DNA from: Sanchytrium tribonematis
Lineage: Eukaryota
Direction of reading: 5' to 3'
Assembly (NCBI GenBank): GCA_018985235.1
Contig: JADGIG010000018.1
Span: 1-47,148 of the forward strand
Length of the DNA stretch: 47,148 bases
Position numbers and translations under genes: made by a program. The notes beneath the pieces were generated by a model. It worked only from the letters and a program-made list of their open reading frames with translations. It searched no databases and was not told where the DNA came from. Positions 21,986 through 32,397 of the stretch are shown here, in pieces; position 1 is the first letter of the stretch, and every line of letters begins with the position of its first letter.

Positions 21986-22804
21986 ATGCCACAGGATTTT
22001 AAGGTTAACCAAGACATTTTTATTACTCAAAGAGGAGGGAAAATTCAACTAGAACCTATTAAAGCATATGCTAGGGGCTCATTCGAGTATCCCATGCAGC
22101 CAATTTTATTAGATAATAATTTAGCAGCAGTCCAAGACACATTTTTATATGAAATTCAGGACAGACATTTGTTATTGTCGAAAAAATTAGGCGTATTCCA
22201 AGCTGAATTTGAAAAATGGACTGCTGAAAAGCAATTGATGATTAAATTGTACAATGAAGAAAAGGATCGTTATAATTCACACAAGGAAAAGTTTACAAAG
22301 TTTATAGAGGAGAACAGAGTCAAAATGAAGAGGTCACAGAGGAAAGCAGAAGAGGAAATTAAAACGAGGATCGAAACAGAGGCTAAGATTAAGGAACTCC
22401 AAGGAGAAATTCAACATAGTAGCCTAGAAATGGAAAAATTAGTCGCAGATTGCAAAAGTAAGAAAGACCTTGAAATCATTTTGGAAAATACTATTAAACA
22501 CGATACAAAAAGCACATGCTATAGAGTTTCAACTTGGATTAGTCACGCAGAATCTCTGTTGGAACAACATTGTAGTATAAAAAATACTGTCAGCGATTCT
22601 AGATATGATGGTGAAATAGACAAAAATCCAGAAAGCAAACGGCCCAGTGATTCCAAGATTGATATCGGCTTTGAAGAGAATCCTACTTCGAGCCTCGAAA
22701 CAAGTCAAATTAAATTGTGCATAGAAACGTTGTGCAATACTTTACATTGCAAATCAGAGTACCTGCATTATGTTATTAAAGATTTTGCCGATACAGTTCA
22801 ATAA
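21986..22804 (+). CDS. DUF4200 coiled-coil protein (CFAP73/CFAP100/CCDC42-like)
   Basis: KFTKFIEENRVKMKRSQRKAEEE...EAKIKEL matches the DUF4200 pattern; AAAATG start at 21986. Confidence 0.65.
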   Translation: MPQDFKVNQDIFITQRGGKIQLEPIKAYARGSFEYPMQPILLDNNLAAVQDTFLYEIQDRHLLLSKKLGVFQAEFEKWTAEKQLMIKLYNEEKDRYNSHKEKFTKFIEENRVKMKRSQRKAEEEIKTRIETEAKIKELQGEIQHSSLEMEKLVADCKSKKDLEIILENTIKHDTKSTCYRVSTWISHAESLLEQHCSIKNTVSDSRYDGEIDKNPESKRPSDSKIDIGFEENPTSSLETSQIKLCIETLCNTLHCKSEYLHYVIKDFADTVQ

Positions 22805-22809
22805 ATTTA

Positions 22810-23559
22810 TTATTGTTTATTACTCCGAAAAGCCTCTTTATAATCTCCCGGGCTAATAAAATCCTTCAAGCCCCAAACCCCAACTTTTTTATGCTTAGCT
22901 TTATCTTGAAGAGATACAAGCTTATCCTTCAAGCCCCCATATTCTGCACCAGCAGCTGTATAAACCACTGCTAGGCCTTTTTTAATCATTTCCTCTGAAA
23001 TATTTTTATAATATGGAATAAAAGGAATAGGTTGATAAAATACAAAGCAGACTAATCTAGAATACTGATCTCTCTTAAAAGGTTGTATAACAACCTTCCT
23101 GAGGTGTATAAATGACGTTGTTTCTACCTGGAGTAAGTTTTTCAGGTATTCCGTGGCTTCTTTTGACAAGGGCTGAGCAGTCATACCAAAATGGGCGGAT
23201 TCTGGGGCATCCACACCAGCCAGTCGAATCGGTATACTCCCCTCTTTCCGCATTGATTTCATTTCCTCATGTGTTGACTTTTTGAATTTGGCTTGCCTCT
23301 TCCCAGTCAAAAACCAGAAAATTTGAGTAATTTCTGGGGTATGATAAAGTCTAAAATTATCACCATCTTTTACTGTGACAGCATATCCTTTAAGGCAGTG
23401 AGTACCTTTTAAATACCTTGGGTGCAAATCGTCAATAGTGGGGTATCTTCTATAGTAAGCATTCCTCTTTCTGAAAACTACACCTGATACTGCCAGTGCA
23501 GAAAATATGGCGAACGACACGATGCTAGAACTTTGATAATCATTCCACTCAGCCCACAT
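22810..23559 (-). CDS. LCL3: Staphylococcal-nuclease-like endonuclease Lcl3
   Basis: N-terminal TM, VKDGDNFRLYHTP, IRLAGVDAPE.AHFG, RDQYSR, GAEYG, SPGDYK; first ATG at 23559. Confidence 0.9.
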   Translation of the reverse strand: MWAEWNDYQSSSIVSFAIFSALAVSGVVFRKRNAYYRRYPTIDDLHPRYLKGTHCLKGYAVTVKDGDNFRLYHTPEITQIFWFLTGKRQAKFKKSTHEEMKSMRKEGSIPIRLAGVDAPESAHFGMTAQPLSKEATEYLKNLLQVETTSFIHLRKVVIQPFKRDQYSRLVCFVFYQPIPFIPYYKNISEEMIKKGLAVVYTAAGAEYGGLKDKLVSLQDKAKHKKVGVWGLKDFISPGDYKEAFRSNKQ

Positions 23560-23587
23560 ACGTTTCAAAAAATTGATTTATTAGGTT

Positions 23588-25478
23588 TTATTGTGGTCGT
23601 CTATATGGTTGCTGCATACCAGGTTGAGGATAATAATAACCTCCAAGTTGCATATTGGGCATCTGTTGATTCATCTGAGGTGGCATTTGTTGTGGCATAC
23701 CGGGGGACATACTTGGTTGCTGCTGCATTTGCGGCCTAACCTGACCCTGCATTTGTTGTGGTTGCATTTGCTGCATTTGACCTTGTATTTGTTGTTGGGG
23801 TATTTGCTGCATCTGACCTTGCATCGGTTGTTGTATTTGGTTTGGCATCATTTGATATGGTGGCATCATTCCATAGGGAGGCCTAAATTGTCCCATGTTT
23901 GGCCTCTGGGGCATATACATACCAGGCTGATACATGCCCATCATATTTGGCCTAAAATTACCAGTCATTTGTGGTCTTTGAAATTGGTTTGCATATTGAG
24001 GATTTGTACCCCGCATGCTAGGACTCCCCATGGGCTGAGCATACATTAATGGAGAATTCTGTGGCTGTTGTTGTGGAGTATTTGATGGTTGAGAAGGGTT
24101 CATTTGTTGTTGTGATTGAGCTTGATTAGCAATCGCTTGGGGAGGTTGATGTTGAACTTGCGGTTGCTGCTGTTGTGGCTGTTGTTGTTGTTGTTGTTGT
24201 TGTTGTTGCTGCTGTTGCAATGGTGCTTGTGAAGATGCTTGTTGCATTGGCTGCTGTGACATTGGCTGAGGAACTTGACCTGGAGGAGGATTTTGTTGAG
24301 TTTGAGCATAGGATGGACTAGCATAGCCTAGGCATTGTAGAATATCTTGTGGAAATTGAGTTTTTATCATAACTAATCCCAGCAGTCTATTGTTATTCAT
24401 AAATATACAGAATCCGTGAAAATTATCTACATTCTTAACAACCGCTACCTTTCTTTGCTCTTGAAGATTTCGTCTAATATTTTCAAATTGAGGAGTATTT
24501 TGGTGGTCTTCGAAGGAAACTATAGGAATATGATTTGTCTGAACATATCCTTGTAAAGTGTGTATGTTGACTGTAAAAAGACCGAAAATATTAAGACTTG
24601 GAGGCCACTGAGCGCAATTACTAAATTAAAATGAAATACAATTGAGCTGGGTCGTGCTTTGAAATTGGAGTAGCAATGACAGACGATACAATATCATTCA
24701 GTTGGATTTGGCCAGTCCACAATGGGGAAGTAGGAGCAAAAGATGGCTGCATTTCGGGAGACTGATGTTCACTCAAGGCATTGGGTCCAGGATAGTAGTC
24801 TTGTGGTTGCGGTATCATCATACCCGGAGCCATATGCATATTTTGGTGTATAGGCATTCCCATAGCACCCATCATGTTCCCGTTTGCCACATTAAGAGTT
24901 GGGTCGCCATATGTAACAGAAGCGGGAATTCCACCGTTGCCTTGAGATAGTGATGGAATTTCATTTACAAATAATTTGTCCATAATAACAGTATAGTTAG
25001 GATTGCTTAATTTCCAGCCATTTGTACTTAGTTCTTCAATAGGTTTGAGTCCCTTTTTACATAAAATTGATAAACTTATAGTCTCCTCCATCATTTTTTC
25101 CAACAGAGTTTCCATGCTTGTTATATTTTCGTCATTAGTTGGCTTTGAGAAACCATCTGAAAATAATGTATTTGTAATAACAATAATATGTCTCTGTCCG
25201 ACCAAATTTTTTAAACTGTTGTAGGCTAAGAATAGTGCATCCATTAAAGGATTTGCCATCGGACTCAAATGGTCAAATTGAATTTCCGCAATTTCTTTTA
25301 AGGAATCTGCTAGCGAGGCTCTGGACCTGACTTTGGCACTTCCGACGTGGTACGTCACAAGAAGACATGGCAGATTCATATTAATTTCTGCTGTGCTAAG
25401 GATATTATTTAAAATAGGGAGTGTTGTCGTCTTTACATTTCGATTGGCTATTGATTGATCCAAAACGAGGCAGATCAT
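23588..25478 (-). CDS. Med25-like Mediator subunit (VWA + ACID/PTOV-like + Q/P/M-rich tail); 2 exons (25478-24640, 24620-23588), 623 aa
   Basis: A 19-nt intron joins two track ORFs through an open 24620-24401 segment; QRHIIVITN and ISLSILCKK resemble the Med25 VWA; LWTGQI...WPPSLNI resembles the ACID domain. Confidence 0.65.
24164..24217 (-). repeat. CAA/CAG trinucleotide tract encoding poly-Gln
   Basis: (TTG)n/(CTG)n on the + strand, encoding QQQQQQQQQQQQQPQQQQ. Confidence 0.9.
24621..24639 (-). other. 19-nt spliceosomal intron
   Basis: GTATTTCATTTTAATTTAG; removal gives DPAQF-NCAQWPP and an open frame to 23588. Confidence 0.88.
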
Positions 25479-25543
25479 TGTTTCACTGAATCTCCTCAAA
25501 ACTTCTTAAACCCAGATTAAGATTGCAAACAAAAAATTATTTA

Positions 25544-26864
25544 TTAACGGAGCAAACGCGTTGGATTTGTAGATTTTGAATGCTGGAACACTTTCCAGCA
25601 CTTGAGTCTTCCATCTGCAGCGGCTGTGCAAACAGTTTCGTTGTCTGGGCCAAGTGCAGCATAAAGCACTCGACTTGTATGTGCTTGAAACGCAAATAAT
25701 TGCTTCAGAGAAACTGAAGAATGTTCAAATAATCCAAAATTTGACAAAGATTCTGAACTATTGTCAGAGTATTTCCACACATGCATCATATTTTGAGAAT
25801 ATCCATGCGTAGAACATATTTCAGAGGTGCTTTTCGACCATAGAATATTACACACTTGTGAAGATGTGTCTATATTGACAAGCAATGCATTTTGGGCAGT
25901 ATCCCAAATTTTTAAACATTTGTCCGCTGTTCCACCACCTGTAGCCAATATAGACGGCTACGTGAATATAAAATACCTTGTTAGGTGACCATGAAACCGC
26001 CTTGACAGCCGCATTGTGTTCATGAACACCCACGGGCTGACTAGGATGCCTTAAATCCCATACCATAAACACATTGTCATTCCCACCTGATGCCAAATAG
26101 TTGCCTGTACTGTTGAACGCAAGTCCACAAATTTCTTGTTTGTGTTTCTCAAATTTTAGTATAGGGCTTTTATCGTTGCTGTTAATATCATAAACGTAAA
26201 CATTTTTGTCTCTACATCCAGCGGCTAACACGCTTTCTGATTTCCAATCAAGACATCCGATTCGTTGAGACAATTTTGCTATTAAATTACCTCCAGAAGA
26301 AACGCCGCTGGAAAGGTCTTTATATTCTAATTTTCCTTGATGAGTTCCTATACCCATTATTGATCCGGTGGGATTATATCGCATACTAGTTATGTGATCA
26401 TTTTCTAGGGAATAAAACTTGTAATTTAGATCATTTCCAGGATTCAATATATATAAATTACTACTTAGACCAATTCCAATCAGTCCTTGTGGAGACCAAT
26501 CTAGTACATTAAGATAGTAATCATCCATGATGTCTTCTAGTTGGTATTGCTTTATAGGAACTTTTGAGTGCCTCAATCTGTCTATTATAACATCTTTTTT
26601 TATTTCAAGAGTTGGTGGTTGTCTAATAAACTTTTTACTTGTAACTGACTTTGATTTTAAATGATTTCTTGGAAATAAAACGCTAGAATATATAGATTTG
26701 TTTAATCTACTGGGTATCATTCTGTCTTTGGTAGGCGTTACGAAAGAATCCTTTCGGAATTCGTCTTCATCGTCTTCTATTCTTCTTTTCTTCTTGACTG
26801 GGGTTTTAAACACATCTTGATGCTCTGGAGGGCGATTATTTCTCTTTGGGGTTGAAGCAGACAT
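25544..26864 (-). CDS. APC/C activator of the Cdc20/Cdh1 (Fizzy) WD40 family; 2 exons (26864-25977, 25957-25544), 433 aa
   Basis: C-box DRMIPSR, DDYYLNVLDWS, HKQEICGL, LASGGNDN, AAVKAVSWSP, LATGGGTAD, HTSRVLY, LR tail. Confidence 0.93.
25958..25976 (-). other. 19-nt spliceosomal intron
   Basis: GTATTTTATATTCACGTAG; restores WSPNK-PSILATGGG. Confidence 0.92.
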
Positions 26865-26943
26865 TTTTAGAAAAAAATCTTGGTTGAAACCTGCCGGAGT
26901 TTTTCATTAAATTTTTTTAATAAATTTATTGCCATCTAAAAGT

Positions 26944-28176
26944 TTAGCTCACGCCCAGCTGAGATTCGATTAGGTCACTTAGCATCCTAGGACTACTTCT
27001 TTGGTCTTTATCCAACTTATATGTGGATTCAAACAATTTTCCGTCCACACTTTCCATTATAAAGTATCTTACATTATTTTTTACAACGACATGACCTTTG
27101 GCAGGCAATTCAGCTGGTGGATCTTCGTACATGCTTAACAATAATACATAATCCTCAAATGATAGACGAGAATCGTGAGTTGCAAACCCGAATTGCAAAT
27201 CCTTGTCATCAATTACTTTAAGATAATTTTCAGTCTGAGTATAATCGGCATGCATTACTCCTGAACTTAAAATATCAGAACGCTTTTTACACAATTTTGC
27301 TGCAAAAGAATAGAATACACAAGCAATGACAGACGAATAGCATATATTATCTTTCTTGGTTATGAGATCTAAAACAATGCCTCCAAGGCTCAAATCCAAG
27401 GGTTTCTGTTCTTCCACCGGAGAGCTTTTCCTTGCGACTGCAGCCCAAGAAAACTGATTTTCCTTACTACTTTCGAATTCATTAAGATTACTACTGTTGG
27501 TATCAATTGTAGTAGATAAACGCCTATCAAGTTCTTGGTGTATTTTATCTGCAATGTCTTTTACAATTCCATTGATCGAGTTTATAATAGCAATTTCATA
27601 GCTGTGGTACAAATCAATCAGTTTGCTTGAATCCATGATGCCATTCTCACAAATCTCAGCCTGAGGCGTACCATAAAGTGCTCCATCATATTCAAGGTAT
27701 TCGTAATAAGGTAAATGTGCCTTAATACGAACTTTTTTCCCCTTAGTAAAATATATTTGTCTTTCATTTTCTTTCGTCTGGTGAATTTCCACTGGAATTA
27801 GCATTTGTGCCTTGCTATAATTTGAACAAATTGGACAAGCAAAAGATTTGTTGCTTGCTGGAATGCTGCTTTCTGGAGAATTTGTAGAGACTCTCAAAGG
27901 TGCGGTAGATTCAATAATCGATTCGGCAATACTCAATATTATGGGCTTCAAAGTAGAAATAGACAGGTCATCGATTGAATTAATTTTAAGAGAAGGGACT
28001 TCAATGAAAGGAGTATAAATCATTCGAAGGACGCAAGGTAGGCAAAATATATGATTACAGCTGACGATCACTGGAGCAAGAATAACATGATCTAGGCAGA
28101 TAGGACAGATTACCTTCCCGCCGTAGAAAACCTTCAAAGAAGGTTCCCGGCCTACGTAAAAGGTCGATGTTTTCAT
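26944..28176 (-). CDS. C3HC4 RING-finger protein (possibly divergent RNF10/Mag2)
   Basis: CPICL...CNHIFCLPC...CPIC; 5' end uncertain. Confidence 0.65.
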   Translation of the reverse strand: MKTSTFYVGREPSLKVFYGGKVICPICLDHVILAPVIVSCNHIFCLPCVLRMIYTPFIEVPSLKINSIDDLSISTLKPIILSIAESIIESTAPLRVSTNSPESSIPASNKSFACPICSNYSKAQMLIPVEIHQTKENERQIYFTKGKKVRIKAHLPYYEYLEYDGALYGTPQAEICENGIMDSSKLIDLYHSYEIAIINSINGIVKDIADKIHQELDRRLSTTIDTNSSNLNEFESSKENQFSWAAVARKSSPVEEQKPLDLSLGGIVLDLITKKDNICYSSVIACVFYSFAAKLCKKRSDILSSGVMHADYTQTENYLKVIDDKDLQFGFATHDSRLSFEDYVLLLSMYEDPPAELPAKGHVVVKNNVRYFIMESVDGKLFESTYKLDKDQRSSPRMLSDLIESQLGVS

Positions 28177-28340
28177 CAGAAAATCCGACGTTTCAGCTGC
28201 AAAGAATCAAATAGTTGCCTTTTGTGAGATTGCCTATAATTTGAGTCTTTCAATTTTTAACTTGACGAAGCTTAAAATCCATCAATTAGAAAAATCAAAA
28301 TGTTGTAAGGCTTTGGAATTGTTAAAATTAGGAGTGAAAC

Positions 28341-29282
28341 ATGATATCTTCCAAGCGCAAACATGAGGATATTCCCGATGAGTGCGAAACCGTTCAAAAT
28401 GTCAAGCGGATCTTTGCATCTCTAGATTCAATTTTGTTTTTTACGAAGCAAGTTGCAAAATATGATAGAATCCACTCAAGGCTAGAAATGATGAGCAGAG
28501 TAAATGTTGAAAAGCCTAAACTATTCAAGATGATTAACGTTATTAATCAAGAGCAACCATTGTATGAAATTGGCGAAAATTATATTATTCATTTGCCAAC
28601 CGGTCAGAAACAAGTCTCTAATATTTTGCAGCGAAAGGGCGTGATTGAAGAATTACTTCAAAAAAAGTCAATCGTGAAGTCTTTACAGGATGTGTTAAAC
28701 GGGGATTTAGGTGGTTCATTAGTGGAAAATCCTTTGAAGAAATTGAAACTCCCAAAAAAAATTGTTGGTGATGCAAATAACCCATTAGGGATTACGATAA
28801 AAAAGAAAGTTGAGCAAACTCCAAGTCCAAAAACTTCAGACTCAGATGTTCCAATCAAATTAAGTGCTAAAGAAAGACTTCAAGCATTAAAGGAAAGGGT
28901 TTTGCAACGAAAGAAAGAACGAGAAACGGGCGCTAAGGATTGCCCTCTTTTGCAAATTGAGGATGAGGAGCCATTAAGTCCTCAAAAAGATGACTTTTTG
29001 AGTCTCTTATTCGATATAATCTGTGTTAAGTTTATTTCCGAAAAAAGAGTTCAGGCAAATTGTCACGAACTGAGTGAATCAATCGAAAAATCCAACTCTC
29101 ATCCATACCAGGAAGTTAACGATGGTATTATAAAATTATCACAATATTTTTTAAATATTGGAGAATCTAATACCTTCAAATGTTATAAATGGAAAGATGG
29201 AAATAAATATCTAAGATGCGTGCCAGAGAAAGCTGCCAAATTGTTTCATAAGCAGCTTGATGATCGCAAATTGGAGAAATAA
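28341..29282 (+). CDS. Possible divergent Cdt1-like replication licensing factor
   Basis: IFASLDSIL...RLEMMSR and LKERVLQRKKE loosely resemble Cdt1 segments; the ORF is solid, the family call is tentative. Confidence 0.45.
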   Translation: MISSKRKHEDIPDECETVQNVKRIFASLDSILFFTKQVAKYDRIHSRLEMMSRVNVEKPKLFKMINVINQEQPLYEIGENYIIHLPTGQKQVSNILQRKGVIEELLQKKSIVKSLQDVLNGDLGGSLVENPLKKLKLPKKIVGDANNPLGITIKKKVEQTPSPKTSDSDVPIKLSAKERLQALKERVLQRKKERETGAKDCPLLQIEDEEPLSPQKDDFLSLLFDIICVKFISEKRVQANCHELSESIEKSNSHPYQEVNDGIIKLSQYFLNIGESNTFKCYKWKDGNKYLRCVPEKAAKLFHKQLDDRKLEK

Positions 29283-29310
29283 ATCAGAAATTGATATATC
29301 TTAAAACAAA

Positions 29311-29733
29311 ATGAAGTGGTATGACGACTCCGCTGCTCCTCTGGAACCACCAAAAGATAGCGAACCTGCAAGAATTCAACCGCAAACAATATACAGAACA
29401 AATTACGGAAAAAAGATACACGCTGAAGACCTCCGAAACGAGCCGAAAGAGCCAATTGCATTTAAAAATTTTGTCTCCGTCACTACTGACAATCCGGGTT
29501 TTCATTCAAAAAAACGCAAAAAAGACACCGTTCTCAGAGTGGATGATCCTATGTATCATCAATTGAAGAAGCAGTCTAGAATCCCTTCATATTCAGGTGA
29601 ATTCCCAGCTAATAGATTTCTACAATCTCCTGGATATAGATGGGATGGCGTCGACAGATCAAATGGATTTGAAGAAAGATATCTGACTATACAATCAGAC
29701 GAAAAAGTAACAACCTACAAAGATGAATTATAA
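29311..29733 (+). CDS. BUD13: RES complex splicing factor Bud13/Cwc26, very short (140 aa)
   Basis: [29 protein letters not shown]-terminal signature. Confidence 0.88.
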   Translation: MKWYDDSAAPLEPPKDSEPARIQPQTIYRTNYGKKIHAEDLRNEPKEPIAFKNFVSVTTDNPGFHSKKRKKDTVLRVDDPMYHQLKKQSRIPSYSGEFPANRFLQSPGYRWDGVDRSNGFEERYLTIQSDEKVTTYKDEL

Positions 29734-29775
29734 ATTGTCTTTTGAAAATCTCCATTTGTAACGAGAATAAATTTC

Positions 29776-30456
29776 ATGAATCAATCTTTGCTTAGATTGA
29801 ATGCCAGTTCTCTTATAACAATAAAATTTTCTTGCGGAGATGATGATTATTACTCAATAGCCTCAAGATCGCAATATTTATCACCATACGCCTATAAAGC
29901 TATGAACTATTTTAACAAATCTAAGTTGGGATGTTTTATTAAAGATAGCGGAATCTCTAGATTTTTGCCATTAAGCATTGTGTTGGATACATACGGTCTC
30001 GGAAATGTCATATCAATTAACCTACAAGCCACGGATAAGATTGAGTATTGTCCAGAAACCCCAGAAGAATTTCAAGATCGCATTTTAAATGGCTGGAAAG
30101 AATCATGCTATTTGATGACTGGCTCAAACTCTGAAATACTAGCGCTTTCAAAGGCTCAAAAGGAAGATTTGTTTCAAAGTACCTACAAATATACTTTTGA
30201 AAATTGGAACTGGCTCAAATACACTGAAGACGACACAGCGCCACTTAAAATGTTTTACTTGGACAATGACACCGTTCGAGTAATTTTCAAAGCTTATTCT
30301 ATGAAAACGACAATTGGAATAATATTGGAGGAGTACACTTTCGAAAAGGCTTTGATATGCGGTATTCAGATCCCCGAATCTGCCACTTTAATATCTGTCA
30401 TGCCTCTTATATGCGCCGATGGTTTCTTGTACTTGTTGGGAATGAAGAAAATTTAG
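29776..30456 (+). CDS. ATG5: Autophagy protein Atg5 (divergent)
   Basis: NGWKESCYLMTGS...ILALSK..KEDLF, GIQIP, C-terminal ADGFLYL. Confidence 0.7.
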   Translation: MNQSLLRLNASSLITIKFSCGDDDYYSIASRSQYLSPYAYKAMNYFNKSKLGCFIKDSGISRFLPLSIVLDTYGLGNVISINLQATDKIEYCPETPEEFQDRILNGWKESCYLMTGSNSEILALSKAQKEDLFQSTYKYTFENWNWLKYTEDDTAPLKMFYLDNDTVRVIFKAYSMKTTIGIILEEYTFEKALICGIQIPESATLISVMPLICADGFLYLLGMKKI

Positions 30457-30473
30457 TTCCCCTGTCAAAACAT

Positions 30474-31385
30474 ATGTACTCCGATATCCTTCAATATCCT
30501 AATGATCCATATTCTGGGGCTGTTTCCTGTGTTGATGGTTCCATCCAATGTTTTGACTATGACTTTTTTGAGGAAAAAGTGATAACGTCAACAGCCTTCA
30601 GGCATTGCTCGCCCACTCGCTCTCTTTGTTTCAACGAAAGCTTATTTTGTTGTACAAAAGATTCTAAAATAATTAACATTCAAGAGCAAGTATATATCTA
30701 TGATTTTCAAATTGGTTCGCCGCTTTATTCTCTTCACATGGAAAGTTCATTTGTTGGGTACGCTGGAGATGAAGAAGGAAATTTAATTATATTTGATATT
30801 CGACAGAGTGAAAAAATTAAAGCCTACAAACTGGGAAACGATTTTGTGTCTTCACTTTGCAGCAGTCCATTTGCTCTTTATGCTTCATTGGGAGATGGCA
30901 GTCTTAATTACATAGACATCAAAGCTAACAAAGTGATTAGTAGCGATTCTTTAGAAACCACTATCAACGGAATATCGGTATTCAAAAAGTCAATTGCAAC
31001 TGTGTCAGATTTAGGTATTCACTATTTTGAAAAAAATGCAATGAAATATTCGAAAGTCGACCAACCATGGATATTCTACGATTACGTGCCAGCAGATAAG
31101 ATAGGGGAGCTTGAAGGCTTATATGAAGATTCTGGAAGTATTTATGTTTATGGTTCGTCTGGCGTTTGGGAGTTAATTTTGAATCCAGAGCAAAAGCAAG
31201 TGTCAGATCAGTCCTTTGAGTATGTTTCTATCAAATCTAAAATACTTTTTGGGACTAACTATGACAAGATTTCAATGCAAGACCTCAATTCCCTAAATAA
31301 AGAAAGCTACAAAGACTCTAAGTGCTTTAATCATGAAAAAGTAGAAACAAAAAAGAGAAAACCCTTATTTATAAATCTCGATTAA
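30474..31385 (+). CDS. WD40-repeat protein (WDR55/Jip5-like)
   Basis: AGDEEGNLIIFDIR, DFVSSL, SLGDGSL..ID; ATG 30474 chosen to avoid overlap with ATG5. Confidence 0.65.
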   Translation: MYSDILQYPNDPYSGAVSCVDGSIQCFDYDFFEEKVITSTAFRHCSPTRSLCFNESLFCCTKDSKIINIQEQVYIYDFQIGSPLYSLHMESSFVGYAGDEEGNLIIFDIRQSEKIKAYKLGNDFVSSLCSSPFALYASLGDGSLNYIDIKANKVISSDSLETTINGISVFKKSIATVSDLGIHYFEKNAMKYSKVDQPWIFYDYVPADKIGELEGLYEDSGSIYVYGSSGVWELILNPEQKQVSDQSFEYVSIKSKILFGTNYDKISMQDLNSLNKESYKDSKCFNHEKVETKKRKPLFINLD

Positions 31386-32348
31386 TTATAAAAAATATTG
31401 TCCAGCAGTCTTCTGCTGTGGTATTTTAGACTGGTCCATTGCGACAGCATTAAATAAACCAAATGAATCATCCTCTACCCTAAGATTTTCACCTACTTTA
31501 AGATATGATGCAACATTTCCACATCTATAACAATAATTTGGTGCAGACCAGACAGTGACGCAATTTCTGTCCAAAAAATGAAACTTGTAGCCGTCCTGTA
31601 CTAATTGGTGCGCTCTGCAAATAACAGTTAGATCATTCACAAAATTAAATTCGTTAGTTACTCGGGATCCAAAGAGGTAGCCAGCACCTCTTGGAGATAT
31701 CGACCAGCCTTCTATATCATCTGGGTCACTCCACATAAGGTCACAAAAAGTACCTAGATGTGGAATTTCATGATGTCTTCTAATTGTCCGTATTTGATCC
31801 AAGGTTCTTACATCAGGACTTAGACCACCATGAACACACATAATCCTTCCATCCACAATAGCTCCTAAGGCCAAATGATCAAAGACTTGGCAACAAAGTC
31901 TCCAAACAACTGCAGACTAAATCAATAAATATGTACTCCATATTTTTGCAAGCATTCATCATAAAATCCATAGACTTCCGTGATCTTTCTGCTTTCATGG
32001 TTTCCTCTTAATAATAAAATATGCTGAGGGTACATGACTTTGTACAACATTAATAATGTGAAAGTTTCTATTGAATGGTAACCTCGATCAACAAAATCTC
32101 CCATGAATACATACTTTGTGGCAGGCAACTCTCCCGATCGCTTAAATAATTCCAGGACATCGTAAAATTGACCATGTACTAAGTAAATTCAATATACCAT
32201 CTCCACAAATTGTGACAGGTGCACTTATCGGTTGAACATTACTTTCTTCAAGTAATATAGATATACATAGCTGTGTTAAATGCTTTATTTCATGTTCTGG
32301 AAGTAATTTGCCTTCTTCAAGGATCGCAACGCTTTTTTTAAAGTCCAT
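31386..32348 (-). CDS. SIT4: PP2A-like Ser/Thr phosphatase catalytic subunit, PP6/Sit4 type; 3 exons (32348-32198, 32178-31937, 31916-31386), 307 aa
   Basis: After splicing: [48 protein letters not shown]-terminal YFL. Confidence 0.85.
31917..31936 (-). other. 20-nt spliceosomal intron
   Basis: GTACATATTTATTGATTTAG; restores [18 protein letters not shown]. Confidence 0.92.
32179..32197 (-). other. 19-nt spliceosomal intron
   Basis: GTATATTGAATTTACTTAG; restores the invariant metal-binding motif GD-VHGQ. Confidence 0.95.
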
Positions 32349-32397
32349 ATGAAATTTTGTTTTACATACTCCGAATTTATTTTATATAAATTAAAAA

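Noticed and set aside
23591..24324. His/Leu-rich ORF 23591-24049 (+) and poly-Asn ORF 24100-24324 (-)
   Set aside because: Antisense and off-frame shadows of the Gln-rich coding repeat
28150..28282. Possible extra 5' exons of the RING gene using 20-nt and 38-nt GT-AG segments
   Set aside because: A frame can be built, but the candidates do not fit the T-N-A-N-N-TAG plus 19-21 nt pattern together and no homology supports them
31386..32348. Pseudogenes, programmed frameshifts or sequencing errors in the split genes
   Set aside because: Each break holds 19-21 extra AT-rich bases with GT..TAG ends and a shared -6 A; exact removal restores conserved motifs
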